Shown here: piece by piece, positions 19,425 to 29,395 of the stretch | Position numbering within the stretch: the first letter of the stretch is position 1 | Layout of the letters: each line of letters begins with the position of its first letter | DNA from: Terriglobia bacterium | GTDB lineage: Bacteria; Acidobacteriota; Terriglobia; 20CM-2-55-15 | Length of the DNA: 64,000 bases | Assembly (NCBI GenBank): GCA_965218585.1 | Contig: CBDCLE010000003.1 | Coordinates: forward strand, 192,001-256,000 | Direction: 5' to 3' | Program-made: the position numbers and the translations under genes | Notes under the pieces: generated by a model | Seen by the model: only the letters and a program-made list of their open reading frames with translations | The model's database searches: none | Told to the model about the DNA's origin: nothing

Positions 19425-20129
19425 ATGTCGTCTAATCTTCGTCTATTGCTTCTGCTGTGTCTGGCTTGCGCACTGACAGCCTGTAACGCCGCTCCCTCTG
19501 AGGCCGTCGCCCAATCAGCGGCTGGTGCTCCTGAAACCGACGACGAGAAAACGCTCTATGCGCTCGGACTGATACTGGGTCAGAACATTGAGAACGCCAA
19601 TCTATCCGAAGACGAAATGGTGTTTGTAAGAATGGGATTGAACGACATAGCTCTGGGGCGCGAAGCCCAGGTCGAGCTTGAAGAGTACGGTCCGATGATC
19701 CAGGGTTTCATGGATGGGCGTGTTGAGGCCGCTTCGGCAGCTGAACTGACCGAGGCCACAGCTTTCGTCGAGGAGCAGGCTGCACTCGAAGGAGCCGTTC
19801 GGACCGATTCGGGATTGATCATCCAGGAGATGACCCCCGGCAACGGCGCCACTCCCACGGCTGCCGACACCGTCACCGTTCATTACCACGGCACTCTGAG
19901 AGACGGGACGGTCTTCGACAGTTCGGTAGACCGCGGTGAACCGGCGACGTTTCCTTTAGGTCAGGTCATTCCGTGCTGGACCGAAGGCGTGCAGCTGATC
20001 CAGCTGGGAGGCAAGAGCCGCCTGGTCTGTCCTCCAGACCTGGCGTACGGTCCCGTTGGGCCTCCGGGAATCCCGGGAAATGCCGCTCTGGTGTTTGAAG
20101 TCGAGCTGTTGGAAATCGGTGGGCAGTAA
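19425..20129 (+). CDS. FKBP-type peptidyl-prolyl isomerase (FkpA/Mip-like lipoprotein)
   Basis: LTAC lipobox; VTVHYHGTLRDGTVFDSS, LAYG, LVFEVELL. Confidence 0.93.
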   Translation: MSSNLRLLLLLCLACALTACNAAPSEAVAQSAAGAPETDDEKTLYALGLILGQNIENANLSEDEMVFVRMGLNDIALGREAQVELEEYGPMIQGFMDGRVEAASAAELTEATAFVEEQAALEGAVRTDSGLIIQEMTPGNGATPTAADTVTVHYHGTLRDGTVFDSSVDRGEPATFPLGQVIPCWTEGVQLIQLGGKSRLVCPPDLAYGPVGPPGIPGNAALVFEVELLEIGGQ

Positions 20130-20132
20130 GCT

Positions 20133-20340
20133 CTATAGCAAGGCTATGAACGTTGCTGCTTCATCCCGCTCGAACTCCAAGATTTTTTCTCGCCTTTGTT
20201 TAACGAGGGATAGTACGTCCGCTGTCGAACTGTTCCCCCGACGAATCCAAACCACCTTGGGCGGATGACCGAATAAAAAGCTGAGTTGACGGAAATCGGA
20301 GTCTTTCGAGAGGATCACGAATCCGCTTTCCCTGGCATGA
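20133..20340 (-). pseudogene. N-terminally truncated DUF5615 PIN-like protein
   Basis: HARESGFVILSKDSDF...GHPPKVVWIRRGNSST; the usual N-terminal LLLDENL segment is absent. Confidence 0.7.
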
Positions 20341-20421
20341 GGAGTTATAGGCAATCAAAGTCTAGAGGCGAATCCGGCCTCGCCACTGCCGCGTGATAAA
20401 CTGAACCTGCCTTTTGCGATC

Positions 20422-20781
20422 ATGAACGAGAAACTTTTGATGATTCCTCACGAAATTCAGAAGGCCATGCAATTCCTCCTCGAGCAAGGGGCCGCTGCCG
20501 ACGCGCGCCAGCAAGAGACACAGGTGCAGATTAACGAGTTGGTCGAACAGAACAAGGTGTTGTCAAGCAAGATGGATAGGCTGTCGTTTACGGTCCATGG
20601 GTTGACGGGCGAGACGAGTAGGCTGTGGTCCGAGATGAACAGTCGCGACTAACGCCTCTCCGCCAAATTCGATAAGCTGTTTGAAGGCCTTCAGTTGCTC
20701 AGAGATTCCTGCCGGAACCTGGTCGATCACGCCCGATTGACCGACGCCCGGCTCGCGCGACTCGAACAGTCGGAAACCTAG
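20422..20781 (+). pseudogene. Coiled-coil hypothetical protein with in-frame TAA at 20650-20652
   Basis: The same frame continues past TAA as RLSAKFDKLFEGLQLLRDSCRNLVDHARLTDARLARLEQSET* to 20781. Confidence 0.6.
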
Positions 20782-20789
20782 CAAAAGGT

Positions 20790-20859
20790 GGGGACAGAGC
20801 ACTCTTTTTGGCGAGAGTGTTCTCATTTCTCGTAGCCCCAAAAAGAGTGCCCTGTCCCC
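20790..20859. repeat. 22-bp inverted repeat (REP/MITE-like, or bidirectional terminator)
   Basis: GGGGACAGAGCACTCTTTTTGG ... CCAAAAAGAGTGCCCTGTCCCC, one mismatch. Confidence 0.75.
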
Positions 20860-20863
20860 GTTT

Positions 20864-20923
20864 TTACAAAGGCAATCTCACCCGTTCCCTGAGTTCCTCA
20901 GTCCAGTTCAGGACGATATTCGC
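20864..20923 (-). pseudogene. 3' remnant resembling the C-terminus of acidobacterial Ser/Thr kinase-PD40 proteins
   Basis: Reverse strand reads ANIVLNWTEELRERVRLPL*; in-frame stop immediately upstream. Confidence 0.5.
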
Positions 20924-21041
20924 CTAGAAGGTCGCCTTGTTTCACACTAGAATGGGCACCGTACGGGGTGACCCGTTTGTATGTCTGACCGCGGGTCCGC
21001 CAGCGCTCCGCCTACATATGCTCAAGGGGGTTCAGAATCAT

Positions 21042-22598
21042 ATGACAAAATCGTATTGGAGCCTGACTATCGTCGTTGCTCTTTTCCTTGTCCCGTTGTC
21101 CGCTACGGCGCAAGAACCGGTGTATTGGGATGTCATCGACCGTATTCGGAGTGAGGGTTTTGACAACTCGGAGGTCATGGACAACGCCGGCTACCTGGCC
21201 GATGTGATCGGTCCACGTTTTACCGGATCGCCCAACATGCGGCAGGCCCAGGAGTGGGCGTTGGAGCGCATGGCGGAGTTCGGGTTGTCTCAGGTGGAGA
21301 AAGAACCGTGGGGTGACGAGACCGTCGGGTGGGAGATCGAGCGCGTTTCCGTTCATATGACCGCGCCCGATTACCAGATGGTGATCGCATACCCGCTCGC
21401 CCTGACCCCGGGAACCGGGGGACCGGTCATCGCAAATGCCGTTATCGCTACGATCCGGACCCCCGAAGATCTGGATCGCTATCGCGGTCGTCTCGATGGT
21501 GCGATAGTGCTGGCCACACCGCCGATGCCGACGAGTCCCCGCTTCGTACAGGACGCGTTCCGGCACACTGAGGAATCGCTGGGCGTCTTTCGGACAGAGG
21601 GGACTGACCTCCTCATCAACCGCTATGCACGGGGTCAGCTCGAGCAATCGAACTTCCAGCGCGAGGGAATCTCTGCCGCCGAAGTAGAGGCATTCTACAA
21701 GTCGGAAGGGGTCGAAGTGGTGTTGACGGCAAGTATCGGGAGCGATGGGACCGTGTTCGCGACCGGGCATCCTACGACGCGCAACGACAGGACCCGAGAG
21801 GGAATTGAGAACGTACTTCCGACTCTCGCTGTTGCCACTGAACACTACAACCGCATCTACCGGATCTTAGAGCGCGGCATAGATGTGACCATGGACGTCG
21901 AAGTCCGGGTCGCGTTCGACGAATCGGATCCGAGGGGATACAACGTCATCGCCGAGATTCCCGGAAGTGACCTGGCCGATGAGGTGGTGATGATCGGGGC
22001 ACACCTGGATTCCTGGCACGCCGGGACCGGTGCCACCGACAATGCGAGCGGCATTTCCGTCGTGCTCGAGGCGATGCGGATCCTCGGAGCCATCGACGCC
22101 CGTCCGCGGAGAACGATTCGGGTGGCGCTGTGGAGTCAGGAAGAGCTGGGTCACAGCGGTTCGCTGGGCTATATCAGAAACCACTTCGGGAGTCCCGAAG
22201 AAGGCACTATGCTCGACTACGAGCGTTTTTCCGTCTACTTCAACATGGATAACGGTACGGGCCAGTTCCGCGGCGTGCATATACAAGGCAATACGCCGGC
22301 CACGCCCATCCTCGAGGCCTGGATGAGACCGTTCCATGATCTTGAAATGGAAACGATCTCCCAGTTCAGCAACATGGGAACGGATCATCTCTCCTTCCTC
22401 AAGTCCGGATTGCCTGGGTTCCAGTTTCTTCAGGACCGAATCGACTATCGGGCCAGAAGTCACCATTTCAACATGGACACCTTCGACCGGCTCCTGCCCA
22501 GGGACCTGATGATCAATTCGGTCGTTATGGCGAGCTTCGCGTATCACGCGGCGATGAGGGACGGGACGTTTCCACGCCTCCCTGCATTGGAGCAGTGA
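21042..22598 (+). CDS. Secreted M28-family metallopeptidase (carboxypeptidase Q-like)
   Basis: Signal peptide; IGPRFTGS, GAHLDSW, GATDNASG, EELG, NMDNGTG, GTDH, HH. Confidence 0.9.
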   Translation: MTKSYWSLTIVVALFLVPLSATAQEPVYWDVIDRIRSEGFDNSEVMDNAGYLADVIGPRFTGSPNMRQAQEWALERMAEFGLSQVEKEPWGDETVGWEIERVSVHMTAPDYQMVIAYPLALTPGTGGPVIANAVIATIRTPEDLDRYRGRLDGAIVLATPPMPTSPRFVQDAFRHTEESLGVFRTEGTDLLINRYARGQLEQSNFQREGISAAEVEAFYKSEGVEVVLTASIGSDGTVFATGHPTTRNDRTREGIENVLPTLAVATEHYNRIYRILERGIDVTMDVEVRVAFDESDPRGYNVIAEIPGSDLADEVVMIGAHLDSWHAGTGATDNASGISVVLEAMRILGAIDARPRRTIRVALWSQEELGHSGSLGYIRNHFGSPEEGTMLDYERFSVYFNMDNGTGQFRGVHIQGNTPATPILEAWMRPFHDLEMETISQFSNMGTDHLSFLKSGLPGFQFLQDRIDYRARSHHFNMDTFDRLLPRDLMINSVVMASFAYHAAMRDGTFPRLPALEQ

Positions 22599-22761
22599 GC
22601 ACACCGGGCGCTCGGGTCGAGATCCATCAATCTTGTTGACCCCTTCCATGAGTGGTGCCTCGGGAGGGGCCTCAGAGGGTTCTTCGGCCCTTGGCCCTTC
22701 GTCAGCTCTCAGGAATGCCGCTTGAGATGCGTCTCAAACGAACTGAATACTAAGAACAATC

Positions 22762-24393
22762 ATGAGCGACAAACAGGTGGCTTATCAGGTCATCGAAACC
22801 CTGAGGGAAATCGGTGTCAAACACATCTTCGGGGTGCCGAGCGGTGGCTGGATAGACTACCTGGAAGCCATTCGGAATACCGACGGCATAGACTTCATTT
22901 TAACTACGCATGAAGGTGGAGCCGGCTTTATGGCCGATGTTTGCGGCCGGATCACCGGCGTTCCCGGTGTCTGCTTCGGCACGTACGGACCGGGCGCGAC
23001 CAATTTGAGTACGGGCGTGGGAAGCGCTCTTCTGGATCGCTCTCCGATGATTGCCCTGACCGATGAAGTAGTCCCAGCCTTGAGGAATCGTGCGGTCCAG
23101 ATGAATGTGGACCATCAGGCTATATTTCGGCCAATCACCAAGAAGACGACCCGGTTGGAAGCCGGCCGTGTCCGGGAGATCCTGTTCGATGCGGCCGAAG
23201 TCGCCATGTCGGGCCGACGTGGCCCCGTGCATGTGGGCCTCGGGTGGGGCATCGGTTCAGAACCCACTGCAGAAGAAGATGTGACGTTCAAACAGACAGA
23301 ACCCCCTGCTTCGGCTGAGGGTGACACCATCTTGGAAATGAAAAGGTTGTTCGCCCAAGCCAGGAAGCCTGTCCTGGCGCTTGGCCTCCGCTCGACGGAG
23401 GGCAGAGTTTGCCAGCAAGTGTCGGCGATTGCTCGGAAGCTCTCCATACCTGTTGTTCTAACGCCCATGGCCAAGGGCGTGATCCCCGAAGATCATCCCT
23501 GTTATGCCGGGGTGTTGTTTCATGCCTTGAGCGACGTTGTCGGTGTCACACATCAGCAGGCGGACTTGATCGTTGCTGTCGGCTATGACCCAGTAGAGTT
23601 CAACTATGAAGCATGGATTCCTCGCGAAGCGCCTGTCGTCAACATCGACATTCTGCCGATCGACCTCGACAAGAACGCGTATACGTTCGGACTGGATGTC
23701 GTGGGCGACATCGCTTCTTCAGTCAGCGCTCTGGCGGAAACAGAAACCTCGGTCAAGGACTGGGATTTGACGGCATTGGCCAAGCGCCGGGAGGAGATGT
23801 TCGCACGCATGTCTCCCGATGCCGTAACCTTCGGTCCTTGTGCGGCGCTGGATGTTCTCAGGAAAGTACTTCCGGCCGAAGGCATCATGACCTGCGATGT
23901 GGGCGCCCACACTCACCTGATAGGTCAAAAATGGCCCACGCCGAAGCCCGGACTTCAGATCATGACCAACGGCTGGTCGTCGATGGGTTTTGCGATTCCC
24001 GCGGCCATCGCGGCAAAACTCTGCAAGCCCGAACTGGTTGTGTGTGCTGTTTCGGGCGATGGCGGTTTCCTGATGACTGTGGGCGAACTCGCAGTGGCCA
24101 TCAGAGAGAATCTAAAGATCGTCTTCGTGGTGTTAACCGACAACGATCTGGCTCTCATCAGAATCAAACAGGAGAAGAAGAACAATCCGGTGTTCGGGAC
24201 ACCCATTCGTGATGCGGGCACGATCGGAGGCGACAACCTGTTCGGTGTGCCTGTACGGAAAGCTTACAGTCGGGAGGAGTTCAGAGAAACACTCAAGGCA
24301 GCATTCGCTGCCGAGGGGCCTTCAATCGTTGAGGCCATTGTAAATAGTCGCGAGTATGACGGACTCGTCCTGAAGCAGCACCGACCGCGGTAG
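22762..24393 (+). CDS. Thiamine-diphosphate-dependent enzyme (acetolactate synthase-like)
   Basis: FGVPS, HEGGAGFMAD, GPGATN, DVGAH, SSMGFAIP, GDGGFLM...DN. Confidence 0.9.
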   Translation: MSDKQVAYQVIETLREIGVKHIFGVPSGGWIDYLEAIRNTDGIDFILTTHEGGAGFMADVCGRITGVPGVCFGTYGPGATNLSTGVGSALLDRSPMIALTDEVVPALRNRAVQMNVDHQAIFRPITKKTTRLEAGRVREILFDAAEVAMSGRRGPVHVGLGWGIGSEPTAEEDVTFKQTEPPASAEGDTILEMKRLFAQARKPVLALGLRSTEGRVCQQVSAIARKLSIPVVLTPMAKGVIPEDHPCYAGVLFHALSDVVGVTHQQADLIVAVGYDPVEFNYEAWIPREAPVVNIDILPIDLDKNAYTFGLDVVGDIASSVSALAETETSVKDWDLTALAKRREEMFARMSPDAVTFGPCAALDVLRKVLPAEGIMTCDVGAHTHLIGQKWPTPKPGLQIMTNGWSSMGFAIPAAIAAKLCKPELVVCAVSGDGGFLMTVGELAVAIRENLKIVFVVLTDNDLALIRIKQEKKNNPVFGTPIRDAGTIGGDNLFGVPVRKAYSREEFRETLKAAFAAEGPSIVEAIVNSREYDGLVLKQHRPR

Positions 24394-24425
24394 GGGCGAC
24401 TGAAGAGGCAAGAATCGGGAGACAC

Positions 24426-24458
24426 CACAATGCCCCGCGGCTGGGGCAGGGCATTGTG
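24426..24458. terminator. Hairpin between convergent genes
   Basis: CACAATGCCC...GGGCATTGTG; related hairpin at 34510-34537. Confidence 0.55.
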
Positions 24459-24470
24459 ACCGTCCATGTT

Positions 24471-24959
24471 TTACTCGGGATTGATCAACCCGTAATCCCA
24501 GTGCTCGTCGATCAGATTGTTCTCGACTCGGAACATGTCGAACCACGTTGTCGAGTACATCTGACCCGGCATCCGTGGATTATCGAACTCACGCTTGAAC
24601 GCCATGATCACCATGTCGTCTTCGGCGAAGATCGTGACCAGGTCCGGAACCGTCGCCTGAGTCTCGCCGGGCTCCCGGTTCCCGCCGCCCATCGCCCGCA
24701 CGAACGGCTCGAGGCCGGACGCTACGCTCGGATTGTGCTGGATGTAACGGTCGGAAACGTACTCCGCAGTCCTGTCCAGGTTGCCGGCCCTGAGGACTAT
24801 CCGCCAGAAGTCGTAGACAAGCTTCTTATTCGCCGCCAGCTGCGGATCGTCACTCTCGAGCAATGCCTGTTGATTCATATCCACCATAACGGGAGCCTGC
24901 GCGAAGGCCGGCGTTGCGACCGCTACGGCTATCAATAGAAAGAGTAGCTTCCTCATCAT
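24471..24959 (-). CDS. Secreted SnoaL-like/NTF2-family protein (copy 1)
   Basis: Signal peptide; ANKKLVYDFWR, YIQHNP, WFDMFRV, DEHWD. Confidence 0.85.
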   Translation of the reverse strand: MMRKLLFLLIAVAVATPAFAQAPVMVDMNQQALLESDDPQLAANKKLVYDFWRIVLRAGNLDRTAEYVSDRYIQHNPSVASGLEPFVRAMGGGNREPGETQATVPDLVTIFAEDDMVIMAFKREFDNPRMPGQMYSTTWFDMFRVENNLIDEHWDYGLINPE

Positions 24960-25059
24960 GTGTCCTTTCTCCTTATCTTGTTGTCTCTTGGTGATAGTGG
25001 CCCTAACAGAGGTATCACGAGCGGCGTTCGGAGCGCAATGGCATCGGATTGTTAGGTCC

Positions 25060-26730
25060 CTATAGCGATATGCCTGGCAGGTTCAGACCCGCTTCCTTTG
25101 CATATTCCCTGGCAGCCTCGTAGCCTGCATCCGCGTGGCGCATGACGCCGCTGGCCGGGTCGTTCCAGAGCACTCGCCCGATGCGCCTGGCGGCATCGTC
25201 TGTTCCGTCGCAGACGATCACCATTCCGGCGTGCTGCGAATAGCCCATGCCGACGCCCCCACCGTGGTGGATGGATACCCATGTCGCACCGCCGGCGGTG
25301 TTCAAGAGCGCGTTCAGCAGGGGCCAGTCCGCCACAGCGTCGGATCCATCGCGCATGGCTTCGGTCTCCCGATTGGGACTGGCAACGGAGCCGGCATCCA
25401 GGTGGTCACGGCCGATCACTATGGGTGCACTCAGCTCACCTGTCTTGACCATCTCGTTGAACGCCAGGCCAAGACGATCTCGATCACCCAGACCCACCCA
25501 GCAAATACGTGCCGGCAATCCCTGGAAGGCAATACGCTCCCTCGCCATATCGAGCCATCTGTGCAGATCCGGATCGTCGGGGATGAGCTCTTTGACCTTC
25601 TCGTCGGTCCGATAAATGTCTTCGGGGTCACCGGACAAGGCGACCCAGCGGAAGGGCCCCTTCCCTCTGCAGAACAAGGGACGAATGCAGGCAGGCACGA
25701 ATCCCGGAAAGTCGAATGCATTCCGGACACCCGCGTCCTTGGCCTCCTGGCGAATGTTGTTTCCGTAGTCGATAGTTGGAATCCCCCGTTGATGGAAATC
25801 GAGCATCGCGCGTACGTGCACCGCCATGGATTCCCGCGCCGCCCGCGCGACCTTGGAGGGCTCGGACTGCGCCTCCGCGCGCCATTGCTCAACCGTCCAA
25901 CCCAGGGGCAGGTAGCCGTTTACTGGATCATGGGCGGAAGTCTGATCGGTGACCACGTCAGGCCTCACGCCGCGAGTGACGAGCTCGGGGAGGACCTCGG
26001 CGGCGTTGCCAACTAGCGCAACCGATACCGTTTCGCCGTTGACGCCCGCATCCTCGATCATCGCCAAGGCTTCGTCCAGGTGCGCGGTCTTCTGGTCTAC
26101 ATAACGGGTACGCAGGCGAAAGTCGATACGCGTCTCATCACATTCGACGACGAGCATGCTGAACCCCGCCATGACCGCCGCCAGAGGTTGCGCACCGCCC
26201 ATGCCACCCAAACCTGCCGTCAGAATCCATTTACCCTTGGGATCGCCCCCGTAGTGCTGCCTTGCCAGTTCGTTGAAGGTTTCGTGAGTGCCCTGAACGA
26301 TGCCCTGGCTGCCGATGTAGATCCATGAACCGGCCGTCATCTGGCCATACATCATGAGCCCCTTCTTATCCAGTTCGTTGAAGTGCTCCCAGGTCGCCCA
26401 CCTATGGACCAGGTTAGAGTTCGCGATCAGCACTCGAGGTGCATCCGGGTGAGTCTTGAAAACGCCAACGGGCTTGCCTGACTGAATCAGCAGGCTCTCA
26501 TCGTCGCCAAGCACCTTGAGCGCGTCGCAGATCTGATCGAAGCACGTCCAGTTACGCGCAGCGCGACCAATCCCGCCATAGACGACCAACTCTTCCGGGC
26601 GCTCCGCAACGTCCGGATCGAGGTTGTTGTGCAACATGCGATAGGCGGCTTCGGTGAGCCAGTTCCTGCAGTTCAACGCTGTGCCACGTGGTGCCCGGAG
26701 CACCCGGTTCGAGGTTCTCTCGTCGCTCAT
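25060..26730 (-). CDS. hutU: Urocanate hydratase
   Basis: [48 protein letters not shown]. Confidence 0.97.
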   Translation of the reverse strand: MSDERTSNRVLRAPRGTALNCRNWLTEAAYRMLHNNLDPDVAERPEELVVYGGIGRAARNWTCFDQICDALKVLGDDESLLIQSGKPVGVFKTHPDAPRVLIANSNLVHRWATWEHFNELDKKGLMMYGQMTAGSWIYIGSQGIVQGTHETFNELARQHYGGDPKGKWILTAGLGGMGGAQPLAAVMAGFSMLVVECDETRIDFRLRTRYVDQKTAHLDEALAMIEDAGVNGETVSVALVGNAAEVLPELVTRGVRPDVVTDQTSAHDPVNGYLPLGWTVEQWRAEAQSEPSKVARAARESMAVHVRAMLDFHQRGIPTIDYGNNIRQEAKDAGVRNAFDFPGFVPACIRPLFCRGKGPFRWVALSGDPEDIYRTDEKVKELIPDDPDLHRWLDMARERIAFQGLPARICWVGLGDRDRLGLAFNEMVKTGELSAPIVIGRDHLDAGSVASPNRETEAMRDGSDAVADWPLLNALLNTAGGATWVSIHHGGGVGMGYSQHAGMVIVCDGTDDAARRIGRVLWNDPASGVMRHADAGYEAAREYAKEAGLNLPGISL

Positions 26731-27953
26731 CTTTCTAAACCTCCATACATGACCGTTTCACACAGATCCTCGCCGACCCGGTAACTCAATTCCGCCGGTT
26801 CGTGGACCCTCCATAGAGCCAGATCAGCCCTCTTTCCCACCTCGATAGTGCCAATCCGATCGCCGAATCCCAGCGCTTTGGCCGCGTTCCGGGTAACGCC
26901 GGCCAGGGCCTCTTCAGGTGTCATTCCGAACAGAGTGCAAGCCATGTTCAGGATCAGGAGGAGCGAGGTGATCGGAGAGCTGCCCGGATTGCAATCCGTG
27001 GCCAGTGCGATGGGTACGCGATGTCGACCGAGGGCTTCAATCGGCGGAAGCTGGTTCTCGCGCAGCGTGTAAAACGCGCCCGGCAGCAAGACGGCGGTCG
27101 TCCCTTGGGCTGCCAGCACTTCAACATCGGTTTCGTCCAGATACTCCAGATGATCCACCGACAGCGCGCCGTGCCTGGCCGCAAGCGCTGCTCCATGCAG
27201 ATTGCTGAATTGCTCTGCGTGTAGCTTGATAGGTAGATTGAGCTCGCCCGCTGCCTCGAATACGCGTTCGACTTGCGCCGGGGTGAAGGCCACGTCCTCG
27301 CAGTAGGCATCGACGGCATCACCCAGGTGGCTCTCGGCCACTGCCGGCAGCATTTCCGTGTTCACCAGATCGATGTAGTCGTCACTGCGGCCAGCGTACT
27401 CCGGCGGCAGGGCGTGGGCGCCCAGAAAAGTCTTCTTCACCGTCACGGGCTGATCCTCGCCCAGACGTTTTGCGACGCGAAGCATCTTCAGCTCGCTTTC
27501 CGTATTGAGACCATAGCCGGACTTGATTTCGACGGTTGTCACGCCATCGGCCATCAAGGATAGGATGCGCCCCAGCGCCTGGGCGTACAGATCGTCTGCA
27601 CTGGCCAAACGCGTCGCCCGCACTGTGGCGTTGATGCCTCCACCGGCACGAGCGATCTGTTCATAGCTGGCTCCGTTCAACCGGCTTTCAAACTCTCTGG
27701 CACGGTTTCCGCCGTATACGATGTGTGTGTGGCAATCGATGAGACCGGGGGTGACGAGCCGCTCCTCGCAATCGAGGATCTCCTTCGAGGAGGTTATGGC
27801 ATCGGGCCTTAGGTCAGCCGAGTCCCCCACCCATGCGATCTCGCCCTCTTTCACCGCTACGGCCCCCGACTCGATCAAGCCGTAGGCGGTAGGGTCAGCC
27901 ACCATGGTGGCAACCCGGGCATTCGTCCACAATGTGTCCCAACCTGACGCCAT
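26727..27953 (-). CDS. hutI: Imidazolonepropionase
   Basis: [39 protein letters not shown]. Confidence 0.96.
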   Translation of the reverse strand: MASGWDTLWTNARVATMVADPTAYGLIESGAVAVKEGEIAWVGDSADLRPDAITSSKEILDCEERLVTPGLIDCHTHIVYGGNRAREFESRLNGASYEQIARAGGGINATVRATRLASADDLYAQALGRILSLMADGVTTVEIKSGYGLNTESELKMLRVAKRLGEDQPVTVKKTFLGAHALPPEYAGRSDDYIDLVNTEMLPAVAESHLGDAVDAYCEDVAFTPAQVERVFEAAGELNLPIKLHAEQFSNLHGAALAARHGALSVDHLEYLDETDVEVLAAQGTTAVLLPGAFYTLRENQLPPIEALGRHRVPIALATDCNPGSSPITSLLLILNMACTLFGMTPEEALAGVTRNAAKALGFGDRIGTIEVGKRADLALWRVHEPAELSYRVGEDLCETVMYGGLER

Positions 27954-27993
27954 CAGCTCCTATCCGCAGGGTCTTGCGTTCGGGTTGCGCACC

Positions 27994-28007
27994 CATGTAT
28001 ATACAAG
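27994..28007. promoter_or_regulatory. HutC-type operator in the divergent hutI/hutF promoter
   Basis: TGTATATACA palindrome (27996-28005) within CATGTATATACAAG; fits the TGTA-N2-TACA HutC core. Confidence 0.75.
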
Positions 28008-28018
28008 ACGAGATACCT

Positions 28019-29395
28019 ATGGGGACCATCATACTCGATTCCGCGCTGCTTGCTCAGGGCTGGGCCAACAATGTGGCCGTGACGATCGACGATCGCGGTG
28101 ACATCGTAGAGGTGAGTGCTGACAGCGTGGATCGTACCGGAAAACGAGTCACCGGGTGTCTGCTGCCAGGTGTCCCCAACTTGCACTCCCACGCACACCA
28201 ACGGGCCATGGTAGGGTTAGCAGAACGCTCAGACGGGAACGCCGACAACTTCTGGACGTGGCGCGAGGTGATGTATGGCTTTCTCGGTGGGATAAACCCG
28301 CATCACCTCGGGGCCATTGCCGCCCAGCTCTACATAGAAATGCTGAAGTCAGGGTACACGTGTGTCGGAGAATTTCAGTACTTGCATCACAACAAGGAAG
28401 GCAAGCCCCATGACGAGCCCGCGGAGATGTCGCTGCGCACTCTGGCTGCGGCCAGGGAGGTGGGGATAGGCATCACGAATCTTCCGGCGCTCTACCGCTA
28501 TAGTGACTTTGGAGGCCAAGAGCCTCTTCCAGATCAGCGCCGCTTCATAAACGACGCGGAGGACTTTCTCTCCATCCTGGGGACGCTGATCGAGGCAGGC
28601 GGCGATGATCCCAACGTCGCGACCGGCGTCGCACTGCATTCCTTACGAGCGATTAGCAAGGGCCTGATCGAGGAAGTGCTGGAGGAAATCAGAGGACACA
28701 GAAATCGGCCTATTCATATACATATCGGCGAACAGATCGAAGAAGTCGAGAAATGCCTGGCCTGGAGTAATCAACGGCCCGTCGAGTGGCTCTACTCGAA
28801 TTGCGATGTCGACGAGCGCTGGTGCCTCATCCACGCAACCCACATGAGCGAGGGAGAGATGGCCCAGGTAGTTCAAAGCGGCGCGGTCGTCGGCGTCTGT
28901 CCCACAACCGAAGCGAATCTGGGTGACGGTCTGTTCGACGCTGTGGCTTACGTTCGATTAAACGGATGTCTCGGTATCGGTTCTGACAGCAACGTCTCCG
29001 TGAGCCCTGTTGAAGAGCTGCGCTGGCTGGAATACGGCCAGCGTCTGACCGAACTCAAGCGCAATGCCTTGGCCGGCCCCGAGCAGGGGAGCACGGCGCG
29101 CAATCTCTTCGAGCTTGCACTGGCGGGCGGCGCGCAGGCTTGTGGACGCAAGATAGGACGCATAGAGGCAGGCTATAGGGCCGATCTGATCGTTCTCGAA
29201 ACCGACCATCCTTTGCTCTACCATCGTTCCGAAGATGAGTTGCTAAGCAGCTGGATCTTTGCCGGTAACACGAATCTCGTCCGCGATGTCTACGTCGGTG
29301 GCAAGCTCGTGGTTGAAAACGGAAAACATCTGATGGAAGAAAGCATCGGTTCTCGCTTCAAACACGCGATCGACGAGCTCGCCGACAAAATATGA
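28019..29395 (+). CDS. hutF: Formimidoylglutamate deiminase
   Basis: [48 protein letters not shown]. Confidence 0.95.
   Translation: MGTIILDSALLAQGWANNVAVTIDDRGDIVEVSADSVDRTGKRVTGCLLPGVPNLHSHAHQRAMVGLAERSDGNADNFWTWREVMYGFLGGINPHHLGAIAAQLYIEMLKSGYTCVGEFQYLHHNKEGKPHDEPAEMSLRTLAAAREVGIGITNLPALYRYSDFGGQEPLPDQRRFINDAEDFLSILGTLIEAGGDDPNVATGVALHSLRAISKGLIEEVLEEIRGHRNRPIHIHIGEQIEEVEKCLAWSNQRPVEWLYSNCDVDERWCLIHATHMSEGEMAQVVQSGAVVGVCPTTEANLGDGLFDAVAYVRLNGCLGIGSDSNVSVSPVEELRWLEYGQRLTELKRNALAGPEQGSTARNLFELALAGGAQACGRKIGRIEAGYRADLIVLETDHPLLYHRSEDELLSSWIFAGNTNLVRDVYVGGKLVVENGKHLMEESIGSRFKHAIDELADKI

Noticed and set aside
22600-22760. CTCTCAGG and hairpins upstream of the ThDP enzyme suggested a glycine or TPP riboswitch
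   Set aside because: The other required motifs (GGAGA and CCGAAG for glycine; CTGAGA and ACCTGA for TPP) are not present in the correct order on the sense strand.
22762-24393. Calling the ThDP enzyme ilvB
   Set aside because: There is no ilvN/ilvC nearby and the motifs are generic to the family, so the substrate cannot be assigned.
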